DNA of 64,000 nt. It comes from Bacteroidota bacterium. GTDB taxonomy: Bacteria; Bacteroidota; Bacteroidia; NS11-12g; UBA955. Under the pieces are notes generated by a model. The model worked only from the letters and a program-made list of their open reading frames with translations, did not search any database and was not told the DNA's origin. The first letter of the stretch is position 1. Each line of letters begins with the position of its first letter. The DNA lies in the NCBI GenBank assembly GCA_947496065.1, contig CANMBF010000002.1, positions 74,788 through 138,787 on the forward strand. Direction: 5' to 3'. Of the stretch, positions 46,299 to 55,434 are shown piece by piece. A program made the position numbers and the translations under genes.

Positions 46299-49200
46299 TT
46301 ATTCTATAATCAATTTTTTAGTCAATCCTTTATCTGTGCGGATTACATAAATACCTTTCGATAATCCTTCTACATTAATTTTATCTGCATTTTCAGCTTT
46401 CAACATCACTTTACCAGTCATGTCTAACACTTCTAATGTAATGGTTTCACTGAAGTAAACTTCTTTACCATTCACTGGATTTGGAAAAACAATTAAATCA
46501 TCATTTAAAAGTGTTGTATTGATACCTATACTTGGCATATTACTTTTCAATTCATAGGTGCTTACTGTTCCACTTATTTCATTGGCCACCACTACATAAG
46601 ATTTGCCATTCACAGTTTGATTTTTAGCAATGTAGATGATACCTTCTGGCCCATTGTCTCCCGCAAAAGTAGTTCTGTTGCGCGAGTTAGCGTAATCTAC
46701 AAATACTGCTGCGCTTGGATCTGTAATATCATAAACCATTACTCCACCTATGCGTTCTAGGGCTACAAAAGCAAAATACTTATTTTGAATCTTAGCTATT
46801 GTTACGCCTTCTGGCTCCGGACCTTTTGCACGACTGCGACCTTTCAATGTATTTCCTTCGTTATCCGCATTAAATAATTTATTGATTGCGGTGTCTTGAG
46901 AAGTTATTAATTCAAAATCACCAGCATTGTCATATACCAATGATTTGGTTGATGAATTGAAGATAGAAAACGAACGTGATCCTACCATCATTATCTCATC
47001 AAAATCGCCATCCTTATCTGTGTCACCATTCAAATTGGTAACTCTTAGTCTTCCTAAATTGTAATCCTGTTTTAAGATTGAAGCATTCGGGAATTTGGCT
47101 GAATCTAATTTATAGGCAGATGAATTCACCGCAACACGCTCGGTTAAGGTTGAGTATTCTTTCTCATCGCCTTCGTTAGCAGTTACAATGTAGGTAGTCC
47201 CATTGACAGTGTAATTGGCTATACCATCGGGCATGAAAAACGATTTTACAGGCCAATTGCTCAACAAAATTTCTTTGTTGTTATCACTTGCATCAAATGC
47301 ATTAGCACCAGTATTCCAATTTTTTGTACCTAAAGACCATATACTTGTAAATGTATTGGTGAGCAAATCTATTTCAGCTATTGAATTATTTTCTTGCAAC
47401 ACCACCCAAGCTTTCTTTGAATCGGCTGATGTTGTTACGTATTCTGGCTCTAAATCTTGAGACAAGGTACTACTAGATTTAGTTTTTCTTATACCTGCTA
47501 ATAAAAGCGTTGCTTCTTGTGCATTAAAACCAGTGAACAATATCGTAGTTACACTTGCCTGACTTACATTTGCAATACCGTTTGATATATCAATAACCGA
47601 AACCGAACCTTCAGGGTCTACAGAATAGTCGGCACTTGGCTGTCCTTCGTTAGCAGTTAGTATTTTTTTACCATCTGGTGTAAATGAAATATTATCTGGC
47701 AATGCTCCAACTGTTACTTTTTTAAGAAAATCACCTGCTGTATTAAAGAATATAACAGAACCATCTAATTGCTCATTCGCATTAGGACAAGCTACAGCAA
47801 CCACACCATTTCTAACAGCTACACTGGTGATTCCTCCATAAGTTGACATATCAATAGATTTAACTATTGTAATGGCCGCTGGATTTGTAAAATCAGCTAT
47901 GTCAAGTCTATCTTGTATAGCACTTGTCATAAATAATAAATGTGTCGCAGAATCATAAACAACAATTTCAGTTGTGCTACCATTCAGCGGACTTGGATCG
48001 AAACTACTTACAAATTTTAACTCAACAGACTTTGAAGCTGTTGGTGCTTTTCTATCGTTATCGCGAATATAAACAGTGATATTTGGCTCACCTGTAATGC
48101 TTGCACCTGCGGCATTTTGCAAGGTCAATACAAAATACTCATCTTGTTCAACATCTGTATCGTTATTAATTGGAATGGTGATAGATTGAACATTGCTGCT
48201 AGAACCCGTAAAATTAATGGTCTGATTAGCGTATGTAAAATCGCTTGAACTAGTGGTATTAAAACCTGTTCCTTTTATAGCCACATTAACACTACTAACA
48301 GAAGGATTATTAAGTGTAAAATTTAACACCAAGTTACCTGCCGCTTCATTGACAACCACAAAATTTTTCTCCCATGCAATATTTGTATTGTATGTAAACT
48401 GAAACGTATAGGGGGCAAACATTGAGACATTTTGAGCATCTTTAACATTAGCCACTACTAAAGCATAACTATTGGCATTAGCAAATGCTGTTGAATAGGT
48501 AAGAATAAGTGTATCTGCTTTTGAACCATTATTCGTTCTGGTTACATTGGTAAGTCCTGAAATACCTGTAAAGTTTGCAATGTCAGTTGCGCTTGTATTG
48601 TCAAGATCTTTATTAAAAACCACTTGTAGTTTGGTGTTGTTAACAACCTTAGCACTTACTATACTTGGTGGACCAGGGAAAGCCCAAGTAGGCCAAGTTT
48701 GAGGAGTTGTAGCAGAACCTGAAATGTTCCAATAAGCTGGATTTAAGATGGAATCTTTTAAAATATTTTTCAATCCATTTTGTATACCGTTGTAATAACC
48801 ATTTACGCAGTTACCCGATACATTCCCAGTGGCTGTGCTTAAATTAATAGAAGATGTGCCATCGGCCAGGGTTGCTGGTAATTTAGAAAAACTACCACTA
48901 CAAGATATATTACTGCCTATCCAAGCATTACTGCTAAGGGCTGTAATAAAAGTTGGAGCAACTGCTGTTCCTGTGTAAAATATTACTTGATCGCCACCTG
49001 AGCTAAGTCCGAATGAAGACCCTGTAACAGTTCCTTTTGAAGCAATAGATGTACCCAAATTAATTGAAACCACAGAACCTGCTGAAATACCACCTGATGG
49101 AGCGGTCCACTGAATACCACCGGCACATTGCGCCTGCACATTGTCCGTATATTTCGCATCAGTTAAGTTGATAATTGTTCCTTCAAGAATATTAACAAAG

Positions 49201-50243
49201 GTTAAAAATGCAATTTCATCATCTCCAACTGAAGTATTCATTCTGTATGCTACTGGCACAATATCGCCAGCTGAGAAGATGGTTTGCACTGCTATTGTTT
49301 TGAATTTTGCACTCTGCAAACCCACCAATGCGTTATCATTTGCATCCTCAATTCTGTTGGCTTTAAGTGCCAAATAATAATCTTGTTTATTTGACAAGGT
49401 GCTAGTAGGCGTAATGGTAATTATATTGCCACTTATTGATGAGGTAAAGGCAACATTACTACCCAATGAATCATTCAATTTAAATACAATTAATGAATCT
49501 GGATTAGTAATGGTTGTATTGTTTATTAATCTTATAGACTCATTAAAAGTTAGGGTTGGCTTAACATTTACAGCAACAAGATCTGCATTCTTTATTGGGT
49601 TAAAAACAACCGTTGGTGCAATGACATCGCTACCTGAAATTGATACACCTTCTAAAGTAAAATTATCAATTCTATTGTTACCAGCTGTACCACCACCACC
49701 TTGTCCGAAAGTAATACGAACCTTAAAATTAGGATTGTCCTTCACGTTGGCGGTATTTGTAAAATTTAGTGTATATAAAGTGGAAGTGGTCGTAGGACGA
49801 ATGGTGTCAAACAAAGAATAATTGGATCCATCTGTAGTATAATATACAAATTGGAAATAGGCTCCAGACCCTGAACGTAATGACGAATATTTAACTACTA
49901 TGTCTTTATAGCCAGTGGTAGGCAATGAAAAAACTAGGGCACCATAAATAGGATTATTAAACCTTAAATGATTTCCCGCAACATCGCTATTTCTAGCATT
50001 GTAATTATTAACGTCAAATCCTTGGCCTGTACCATTTAAATAATCAATTACACTTGTGCCTACACCATACTTTAAGGTATCTAGTGCCGAACCAGAAATG
50101 GCTGATGAAGTGGGTGCAATATGATTGGCATAGGAGCTCGTAGTATTGAAATTCCAGTAATGTAGGAGTGTTTGCGAATAACCGAACCTACTTATAAAAA
50201 GCAGAATCGAAAGCGCGATTAATTTGATAAATAATTTATTCAT
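46299..50243 (-). CDS. 1314-aa T9SS cargo: Ig-like (SbsA-type) domain(s), Calx-beta-like domain, choice-of-anchor-I-like beta-propeller region, type A T9SS sorting domain
   Basis: Signal peptide MNKLFIKLIALSILLFISRFGYSQ. DVIAPTVVFNP...PTLTFNESI is an Ig-like domain. DVEQDEYFVLTLQNAAGASITGEPNITVYIRDND is Calx-beta-like. Repeated propeller blocks: FTPDGKKILTANEGQPS, EPEYVT, YIVTANEGDEKEY, GPEPEGVTIA, GPEGIIYI. C-terminus FPNPVNGKEVYF...GIYVIRTDKGLTKKLIIE is the type A CTD. Confidence 0.8.
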   Translation of the reverse strand: MNKLFIKLIALSILLFISRFGYSQTLLHYWNFNTTSSYANHIAPTSSAISGSALDTLKYGVGTSVIDYLNGTGQGFDVNNYNARNSDVAGNHLRFNNPIYGALVFSLPTTGYKDIVVKYSSLRSGSGAYFQFVYYTTDGSNYSLFDTIRPTTTSTLYTLNFTNTANVKDNPNFKVRITFGQGGGGTAGNNRIDNFTLEGVSISGSDVIAPTVVFNPIKNADLVAVNVKPTLTFNESIRLINNTTITNPDSLIVFKLNDSLGSNVAFTSSISGNIITITPTSTLSNKQDYYLALKANRIEDANDNALVGLQSAKFKTIAVQTIFSAGDIVPVAYRMNTSVGDDEIAFLTFVNILEGTIINLTDAKYTDNVQAQCAGGIQWTAPSGGISAGSVVSINLGTSIASKGTVTGSSFGLSSGGDQVIFYTGTAVAPTFITALSSNAWIGSNISCSGSFSKLPATLADGTSSINLSTATGNVSGNCVNGYYNGIQNGLKNILKDSILNPAYWNISGSATTPQTWPTWAFPGPPSIVSAKVVNNTKLQVVFNKDLDNTSATDIANFTGISGLTNVTRTNNGSKADTLILTYSTAFANANSYALVVANVKDAQNVSMFAPYTFQFTYNTNIAWEKNFVVVNEAAGNLVLNFTLNNPSVSSVNVAIKGTGFNTTSSSDFTYANQTINFTGSSSNVQSITIPINNDTDVEQDEYFVLTLQNAAGASITGEPNITVYIRDNDRKAPTASKSVELKFVSSFDPSPLNGSTTEIVVYDSATHLLFMTSAIQDRLDIADFTNPAAITIVKSIDMSTYGGITSVAVRNGVVAVACPNANEQLDGSVIFFNTAGDFLKKVTVGALPDNISFTPDGKKILTANEGQPSADYSVDPEGSVSVIDISNGIANVSQASVTTILFTGFNAQEATLLLAGIRKTKSSSTLSQDLEPEYVTTSADSKKAWVVLQENNSIAEIDLLTNTFTSIWSLGTKNWNTGANAFDASDNNKEILLSNWPVKSFFMPDGIANYTVNGTTYIVTANEGDEKEYSTLTERVAVNSSAYKLDSAKFPNASILKQDYNLGRLRVTNLNGDTDKDGDFDEIMMVGSRSFSIFNSSTKSLVYDNAGDFELITSQDTAINKLFNADNEGNTLKGRSRAKGPEPEGVTIAKIQNKYFAFVALERIGGVMVYDITDPSAAVFVDYANSRNRTTFAGDNGPEGIIYIAKNQTVNGKSYVVVANEISGTVSTYELKSNMPSIGINTTLLNDDLIVFPNPVNGKEVYFSETITLEVLDMTGKVMLKAENADKINVEGLSKGIYVIRTDKGLTKKLIIE

Positions 50244-50266
50244 ATTATGCGATTGAATTTAAAGGG

Positions 50267-50274
50267 CAAAATTA
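50267..50274 (-). promoter_or_regulatory. Candidate -7 box (TAATTTTG) for the cargo gene
   Basis: Exact TAnnTTTG match on the minus strand, 24 nt upstream of the ATG at 50243. Confidence 0.3.
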
Positions 50275-50516
50275 CCAACCCTTCGTTATGCCAATGTTTT
50301 AGATAAATTACGCGACACTTAATTGAAGTTCAATTAGACATTAACTAATTAAGATAGGGCTAAACTTTTAATAATATTTAATTGACCTATACAAAGGGAT
50401 TAAATAACAATTCTATATTCCATTAGATTCAAATACCACTCATCATCCAAGAAATTGGGCATTCTCCATAGTTAAAGCCATATCTTATTTACTATCAGAG
50501 GAGCGGTCAAAAATTT

Positions 50517-50638
50517 AAAAAACATACTAGATGGTATGTTTTTTTAACCCAATCATTTGACCCCAAAGTGGGTCATATATTTGTACAAAGAAAGATTAAC
50601 AATGGTCCGCGACTCTGAAGGTGTCTTATGTAAGCCAC
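50517..50638. repeat. Repeat module B (direct copy of module A)
   Basis: Shares the identical 27-mer AAAAACATACTAGATGGTATGTTTTTT. Then TGACCC-CAAAGT-GGGTCA (50558-50575) and a degenerate GACTC-TGAAG-GTGTC (50611-50625). In minus orientation the first hairpin could terminate the transposase gene. Confidence 0.75.
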
Positions 50639-50662
50639 CGTTAACCAGACAAATTAAGCCAC

Positions 50663-50728
50663 ATATCCCGTAGGGATATAATTTCTGTAAAACAAATGTC
50701 CAAAACGAAAACCTATCCCGTAGGGATT
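50663..50728. repeat. REP-like hairpin doublet (orientation ATCCC-GTA-GGGAT) downstream of the Y1 transposase gene
   Basis: Cores at 50665-50677 and 50715-50727, spaced 50 nt apart. The doublet aligns with 51840-51905. Confidence 0.8.
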
Positions 50729-50784
50729 GAACATATCATGCTACTTCAACTATTGAACTAGAACATATTGGTATTAAAGGTCCG

Positions 50785-51246
50785 TTAAATCAACTCCTTA
50801 AAGATGTATTTCTCATCGTACGCAATCTCAAATTTTTGCAGAAACTGAATATACTCCTTTTTGAACGATTCACTTTTGTGATGCTCTTCCTGATTCTCAA
50901 TATAGGCGATAACATTTTTGATTTGAGATTTCGCATATGAAAATGCGCCATAGCCTTCCTGCCATTCAAATTTACCTTTAACAAATTTGTTTTCATTTAT
51001 CCAAATGGATGAGCTTCGTTTGATATCTTTCAATAGATCTGAAACCGATTGATTGGGGATCATGCCTATAAAAATATGCAGATGGTCGGGCATACCATTT
51101 ATGACCAACATTTTATGTCCGTTGTTTTGAACAATGCCGGTTATGTATTGATATAAATTGTTTTTCCAACTGGGTTGGATAACGCCAGCTCTGTATTTTA
51201 CTGCAAATACAAATTGTAAATAAATTTGGGTGTATGTGTTTGGCAT
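50785..51246 (-). CDS. IS200/IS605-type HUH Y1 transposase homologue without tnpB; candidate REP-associated tyrosine transposase (RAYT)
   Basis: 153 aa with HUH motif in MPDHLHIFIG (aa 52-61) and the catalytic-Tyr helix motif VIAYIENQEEHH (Tyr115). The N-terminal TYTQIYLQFVFAVKYR beta-strand pattern is typical of PF01797-type proteins. Flanked by inverted hairpin repeats. Confidence 0.8.
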   Translation of the reverse strand: MPNTYTQIYLQFVFAVKYRAGVIQPSWKNNLYQYITGIVQNNGHKMLVINGMPDHLHIFIGMIPNQSVSDLLKDIKRSSSIWINENKFVKGKFEWQEGYGAFSYAKSQIKNVIAYIENQEEHHKSESFKKEYIQFLQKFEIAYDEKYIFKELI

Positions 51247-51254
51247 GGTGGATG

Positions 51255-51776
51255 TATAATCCCTACGGGATATTATATGCTTTAATTGTGTTTCTATACA
51301 GATGTTTAATCCCTACGGGATATAATATATGCGTTCATGTTATTAACAAAAATATTTGTGTGAACGGAAAAAATGAAATGGATACGCGGAAAAAATGATT
51401 CGTGACTTATAAAAAATTAATCATCAATTTTTTAATGGGAAAATAAAATTTGATTTGGATTGGTTTGGTATCTTAAAATTGTTATATGGATAATCAATAA
51501 CGGTGTATAATCCCTACGGGATATTAAAAAACGTTGGTTGCATTTTATCTACAGATATTTTATCCCTATGGGATATGAAACCGTTGTTGTTATTTTTTTT
51601 CTACAGATATTTTATCCCTAAGGGATAATATAAACATTGATTATATTTCCATACAGATATTTTATCCCTACGGGATATAATATGCGTTATTTCTTCTTTC
51701 ATTTAGATATAAAATCCCTACGGGATATTATATGAAATAATAATGTTTTTATACAGGTCACTATACCATACGGTTT
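51255..51776. repeat. REP-like hairpin array (orientation ATCCC-TAC-GGGAT): 7 good copies plus 1 degenerate
   Basis: Cores at 51259, 51309, 51510, 51562 (loop TAT), 51614 (loop TAA), 51664 and 51714, plus a degenerate copy at 51763. Period is 50-52 nt, with a ~200-nt interruption at 51322-51509. The conserved flank is CTACAGATATTTT-core-ATAATAT. Confidence 0.8.
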
Positions 51777-51839
51777 AATGGGTATTGCGCCTTTTAATAT
51801 AAGATGTAGATTGTTTTTTGTAATTTATAAAATGATTCT

Positions 51840-51905
51840 TATCCCGTAGGGATATAATATCTGTAACACATGGACCCTAAAAGGAAAACTTATCCCGTAG
51901 GGATT
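51840..51905. repeat. REP-like hairpin doublet (orientation ATCCC-GTA-GGGAT) just downstream of the mfd stop
   Basis: Cores at 51841-51853 and 51892-51904. Same orientation and internal spacer pattern (..ATCTGTAA..AAAAC..) as the 50663-50728 doublet. Confidence 0.8.
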
Positions 51906-51934
51906 ATACATGGATGACTAGCATATAAAGCTAC

Positions 51935-54900
51935 CTAATACAACACCTGCAAATCCTCGAGCACCAAAGTGGCTTGTTGTATGGTGTGCACCGACTTGGT
52001 GATTAACAACAAAGACTTACTCGTTTGTTTCATTTCGAACTTATGCGGATTGGTGGCTACATACTGCAACACTTTCATAAAGGCTGTACTATCGAAAATG
52101 GCCGCTTTCTCGTTGTTAGGGAAATACAATTTCAACAAACTTTTTTCTAAATTTATTTTCTCGAAACCCATGGCCTTGCCCATCCATTTTAAACGCATAG
52201 AAGCGAGTAAGGTGCTTACCTCTGCCGGATATTTGCCAAATCGATCAATCAACATTTCTATGAACTTCGATAACTGTTCTTCATTATCCACCTTGCTCAA
52301 CTCCGAATACAAAGCCAAACGCTCAGGCATATTGCGCACATAGCTTTCGGGAATTAGCATATCCAGGTCGGTGTCTACTTGGCAGTCGCGACTGCTTATA
52401 TTCTCCTCTTGGTCGGCAAACAATTCATTGAACTCATCGTGTTTCAATTCGCGTATGGCCTCATCCAAAATTTTATGGTACATATCGAACCCAATTTCTG
52501 AAATAAAACCACTCTGTTCGCCACCCAATAAATTACCTGCACCACGTATATCCAAATCGCGCATGGCTACATTAAAACCGCCTCCTAAATCGCTGTATTC
52601 TTCAATGGTACTCAAACGTTTTTTCGCATCGGAGGTTAGCACATTTAAAGGTGGCGACAATAAATAACAATACGCTTTTCTGTTGCTTCTTCCTACCCTT
52701 CCACGCATTTGGTGCAAATCGCTCAAGCCAAACATGTGGGCATTGTTAATGATAATGGTATTGCAATTCGGAATGTCCAAACCTGCTTCGATAATGGTAG
52801 TAGCCAATAATACATCGTAATCGCCTTCTACAAATCGCACCATCACATTTTCTAAATCATGCCCTTCCATTTGTCCATGCGCTACTGCCACTCTAATACC
52901 TGGCATCATTTGCTCCATCATGGCTTGGTACTCGTATAAATCTTTCACGCGGTGGTGCACAAAATACACTTGCCCGCCTCTGTCTAACTCATAAGTCAAG
53001 GCTTTTTTAATGACCTCTTTGTTAAAAATTTGCAACTCTGTTTTTATTGGAAAACGATTAGGCGGTGGTGTATTAATGACCGATAAATCGCGGGCCCCCA
53101 TTAAAGAGAAATGCAGGGTACGCGGTATCGGTGTAGCGGTTAAAGTGAGGGTATCTAAATTCACTCTCAACTCTTTCAATTTATCTTTTACAGCAACACC
53201 AAATTTTTGTTCTTCATCGATAATCAATAAGCCCAAATCTTTGAACTTAATGTCCTTGCCTACCAAGCGATGTGTGCCAATTAAAATATCCACTTTACCA
53301 TCGGCCACATCTTTTAAAGTCTTCTTAATTTCGGCTGCCGTTTTAAATCTATTCACATAATCTACTGTAACTGGAAAGGCACTTAAGCGCTCTTTAAAGG
53401 TGCGGTAATGTTGATGCGCTAGAATGGTAGTTGGCACCAATACGGCCACTTGTTTACTATCATTCACCGCTTTGAAGGCAGTGCGTATGGCCACTTCGGT
53501 TTTACCAAAACCAACATCACCACATAAGAGACGGTCCATTGGTTTTTCGCTTTCCATATCGCGTTTAATTTCTTCGGTTGTCTTGGCCTGATCGGGTGTA
53601 TCCTCGTATAAAAACGAAGCCTCTAATTCCATTTGCAAATACGTATCAGGACTAAATGCAAAACCTGGTTGTGCTTTGCGTTTGGCGTATAAAGTAATGA
53701 GCTCGCGGGCGATGTCTTTTACTTTTTTCTTAGTGGTGGCTTTTTGTTTTTCCCATACCCCACTGCCTAATTTATGCAAGGTTGGTGCATTGCCATCCTT
53801 ACCACTGAACTTCGAAATTTTGTGCAATGAATTCACATTCACAAACAGCAAATCGCCATCGCGGTAGGAAATTTTAACAGCCTCTTGCACCACGCCATTC
53901 ATGTTCATGCGTTGCAAGCCCATGAACTTACCAACCCCGTGGTCGATGTGCGTTACAAAATCACCTGGACGTAATTCACTCAGTTCTTTTAATGTTAAAG
54001 CAGTGCTTTTCGAGTAGCCTTTTTTATGGACCTTAAATCTGTAATACCTTTCGAACAATTGGTGTTCGGTATAACAGGCCATCTTCAATTCTTTGTCTAA
54101 AAAGCCCTCGGCCAAACCATGGTAAATCGGTACAACATTAATTTGTTTTTGCCTATCATGAATAATGGCAAGCAATCGCTCAATCTGCTTACCTGTATCG
54201 CTAAACACAAGGTTCATGATATTGTTGAGCTCATTGGCTTGCAAATGGTTGAGCAGCATCTCAACATTCTTTTGAAACAAAGGCTGAGGCTCTATGCTAA
54301 AACGAAACGTTTGTTGCGCTTTGAAAGCCGTCATGCTACTGGTTTCGATAATGGTGTTATAAACAGCGATATTGCTTTTTATTTCGCCTGGGGTTAACAA
54401 CATTCTTTCGGGATGTTGTTCGTTGCCAATTAAATTTTCCCATTGATTGTTCAAGTATTCAAACTGATCGTTAAAATGCTTGGTAACAATGATAGATTCT
54501 TTGGGTAAATATTTGAAGAAAGATACTTTTTCGCCAGCAATACCAGCACTTTGAATATTGGGCACGATGGTTAAGAAAGCAATCTTTGCAATCGATAATT
54601 GAGATTCAATATCAAAGGTTCTAATAGTCTCCACTTCATCGCCATCGAGTTCTATGCGATAAGGTTGTTCGTTCGAAAAGCTGAAAATATCGATGATGCC
54701 TCCGCGTATGGCGTATTGCCCTGGTTCGTAAACAAAATCTTCACGTTCGAATTCATTCTCATCTAAAAAATCGGCCAAGAAATTGGTATCTAATTTTTCT
54801 CTAACATTAATGTTAAATGAGTTGTGTTCGAGGCGTTCGTTACTGATTACTTTTTCAGAAATACTTTCAGGCGTAGCAATCACAATGTAAGGATGGGTAG

Positions 54901-55246
54901 CATGTTGCAATCGCGAAATAACCTCAGCCCTGGTTTGTATTTGGTCGTTGCTAACTTCTTCGAATTCAAAAACGCGTTTAAAACTATCTGGCAATAACAA
55001 TACTTCGTTCTCGGAAATAAGGTGCTGCAAGTCGCTGCGAAGAAACTCGGCCTCCTCCATTTCGGGTACTAATATTAAAATCGATTGGCCAGTTTCGGCA
55101 TAGATAGACGCCAATGCCACTGCGAATGAGGAGCCAATAAGTCCTTCGAAATGGGCAATAAGAGGCTGTGAATTTCTGTGTTGTGTTAGAAATTCTTTAA
55201 TTTGATGATGTTGACCAAAAGCTTCAACCAGTTCTCTTACTTTCAA
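51935..55246 (-). CDS. mfd: Transcription-repair coupling factor
   Basis: 1103 aa. Contains the UvrB-homology N-terminus, the RNAP-interacting domain, superfamily-2 helicase motifs (GDVGFGKTEVA, DEEQKFG, TATPIPRT, QMRGRVGR) and the TRCF C-terminal domain. Confidence 0.96.
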   Translation of the reverse strand: MKVRELVEAFGQHHQIKEFLTQHRNSQPLIAHFEGLIGSSFAVALASIYAETGQSILILVPEMEEAEFLRSDLQHLISENEVLLLPDSFKRVFEFEEVSNDQIQTRAEVISRLQHATHPYIVIATPESISEKVISNERLEHNSFNINVREKLDTNFLADFLDENEFEREDFVYEPGQYAIRGGIIDIFSFSNEQPYRIELDGDEVETIRTFDIESQLSIAKIAFLTIVPNIQSAGIAGEKVSFFKYLPKESIIVTKHFNDQFEYLNNQWENLIGNEQHPERMLLTPGEIKSNIAVYNTIIETSSMTAFKAQQTFRFSIEPQPLFQKNVEMLLNHLQANELNNIMNLVFSDTGKQIERLLAIIHDRQKQINVVPIYHGLAEGFLDKELKMACYTEHQLFERYYRFKVHKKGYSKSTALTLKELSELRPGDFVTHIDHGVGKFMGLQRMNMNGVVQEAVKISYRDGDLLFVNVNSLHKISKFSGKDGNAPTLHKLGSGVWEKQKATTKKKVKDIARELITLYAKRKAQPGFAFSPDTYLQMELEASFLYEDTPDQAKTTEEIKRDMESEKPMDRLLCGDVGFGKTEVAIRTAFKAVNDSKQVAVLVPTTILAHQHYRTFKERLSAFPVTVDYVNRFKTAAEIKKTLKDVADGKVDILIGTHRLVGKDIKFKDLGLLIIDEEQKFGVAVKDKLKELRVNLDTLTLTATPIPRTLHFSLMGARDLSVINTPPPNRFPIKTELQIFNKEVIKKALTYELDRGGQVYFVHHRVKDLYEYQAMMEQMMPGIRVAVAHGQMEGHDLENVMVRFVEGDYDVLLATTIIEAGLDIPNCNTIIINNAHMFGLSDLHQMRGRVGRSNRKAYCYLLSPPLNVLTSDAKKRLSTIEEYSDLGGGFNVAMRDLDIRGAGNLLGGEQSGFISEIGFDMYHKILDEAIRELKHDEFNELFADQEENISSRDCQVDTDLDMLIPESYVRNMPERLALYSELSKVDNEEQLSKFIEMLIDRFGKYPAEVSTLLASMRLKWMGKAMGFEKINLEKSLLKLYFPNNEKAAIFDSTAFMKVLQYVATNPHKFEMKQTSKSLLLITKSVHTIQQATLVLEDLQVLY

Positions 55247-55434
55247 TGCCTAGCTTTTATAAAAAGGAATGCAAAGGTAAACATTATAGCCACTGATTCA
55301 CTGATTAGATTAAATATTCTTATATAAAAAGATGATGCATTTTACAACTTCTTAAAATCAAACAGAGTACAATGAATAAAACAAACCCTTAGGTATTTAT
55401 TGGCACTTGTTGATACAACATTTATATTTGTAAC

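Noticed and set aside
46055-50638. A composite transposon or integrative element carrying the 1314-aa gene.
   Set aside because: The flanking modules are direct repeats, not inverted ones. No transposase or integrase lies between them, and there is no tRNA or att-like target. Only the weaker repeat-bracketed-cassette hypothesis is kept.
50663-51321. A complete IS200/IS605 insertion sequence (tnpA plus tnpB, or a minimal IS200).
   Set aside because: No tnpB-like ORF is present. The hairpins on the two sides of the gene are in inverted orientation rather than on the same strand, and extra copies extend well beyond a ~700-bp unit. I cannot fully exclude an IS200-like autonomous element without genome-wide copy counts, so it is reported as a RAYT candidate rather than as an IS.
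51255-51776. CRISPR-like appearance: a ~30-nt partially palindromic repeat recurring every 50-52 nt with variable sequence between copies.
   Set aside because: The variable segments are only ~18-20 nt, AT-rich and similar to one another (..GCGTT.., T-runs). The repeats are imperfect, with variant loops. The array is interrupted by 200 nt and changes orientation around a transposase gene. No cas genes or leader are present. This fits a REP/BIME-type array better than CRISPR.
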